64,000 nt of DNA from Catajapyx aquilonaris. Taxonomy: Eukaryota. Both the position numbers and the translations under genes were made by a program. A model generated the notes under the pieces. The model was not told the origin of the DNA and made no database searches. It saw nothing but the letters and a program-made list of their open reading frames with translations. The stretch is from the NCBI GenBank assembly GCA_000934665.2, contig KZ538087.1:62001-126000 (forward strand), read 5' to 3'. Positions 63,871-64,000 of this stretch are shown here, piece after piece; within the stretch, counting starts at the first letter, position 1; the number at the start of each line of letters is the position of its first letter.

Positions 63871-64000
63871 CGAGGGCGAAACAGAAGGTAATTGAAAACT
63901 TTTCAAATTCAGAAGTTACACTAGAGAAACTGAAACTGAGATATTCACATGAAATGGCAAGTCTTTCTCTAATTTTAGACAGTCACCATACACTTTGGTG
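63871..64000. mobile_element. Probable terminus of a mariner-like element, cut by the window end
   Basis: TA|CGAGGGCGAAACAGAAGGTAA resembles TACGAGGG-type mariner TIRs, and the subterminal ...TTTT...AGTCACCA... is also mariner-like. The other end is not visible. Confidence 0.45.

Noticed and set aside
1..64000. CRISPR array, retron/RT system, rRNA, tRNA or conserved arthropod miRNA
   Set aside because: No regularly spaced repeats, operon-like ORF clusters, cloverleafs or full matches to miRNAs I know were seen by eye. The window is eukaryotic. tRNAscan-SE and Infernal would be needed to exclude ncRNAs formally.

Overview
This is eukaryotic DNA, almost certainly arthropod: spliceosomal GT-AG introns, a Tartan/Capricious/Fish-lips-family gene, Tc1/mariner-type and hAT-type miniature transposons, and short N gaps in poly-G/C runs. 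I can support one protein-coding gene, on the + strand, with three coding exons (53057-53290, 54137-54580, 54644-55591; 541 aa). It encodes a type I transmembrane LRR adhesion protein (signal peptide, LRRNT, 13 LRRs, LRRCT, TM, short tail) most similar to Drosophila Fish-lips (Fili), judged from recalled family motifs rather than a database search. The first coding exon begins at a splice acceptor, so a non-coding 5' exon must lie upstream. The ~53 kb upstream and ~8 kb downstream contain no other recognisable gene. They alternate between AT-rich blocks of decayed DNA-transposon MITEs and GC-richer blocks with long G/C homopolymers and homeodomain-type motifs, which looks like a large cis-regulatory or intronic domain. 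I found no CRISPR array, rRNA, tRNA or prokaryotic system and cannot support a genuinely new biological system. The most unusual items are a 711-bp foldback element built from two inverted 3' ends of a Tc1/mariner transposase gene, a 63-nt in-frame intron whose branch site supplies a stop codon, an overlapping upstream ORF at the Fili start, and the one-sided distribution of G/C tracts.
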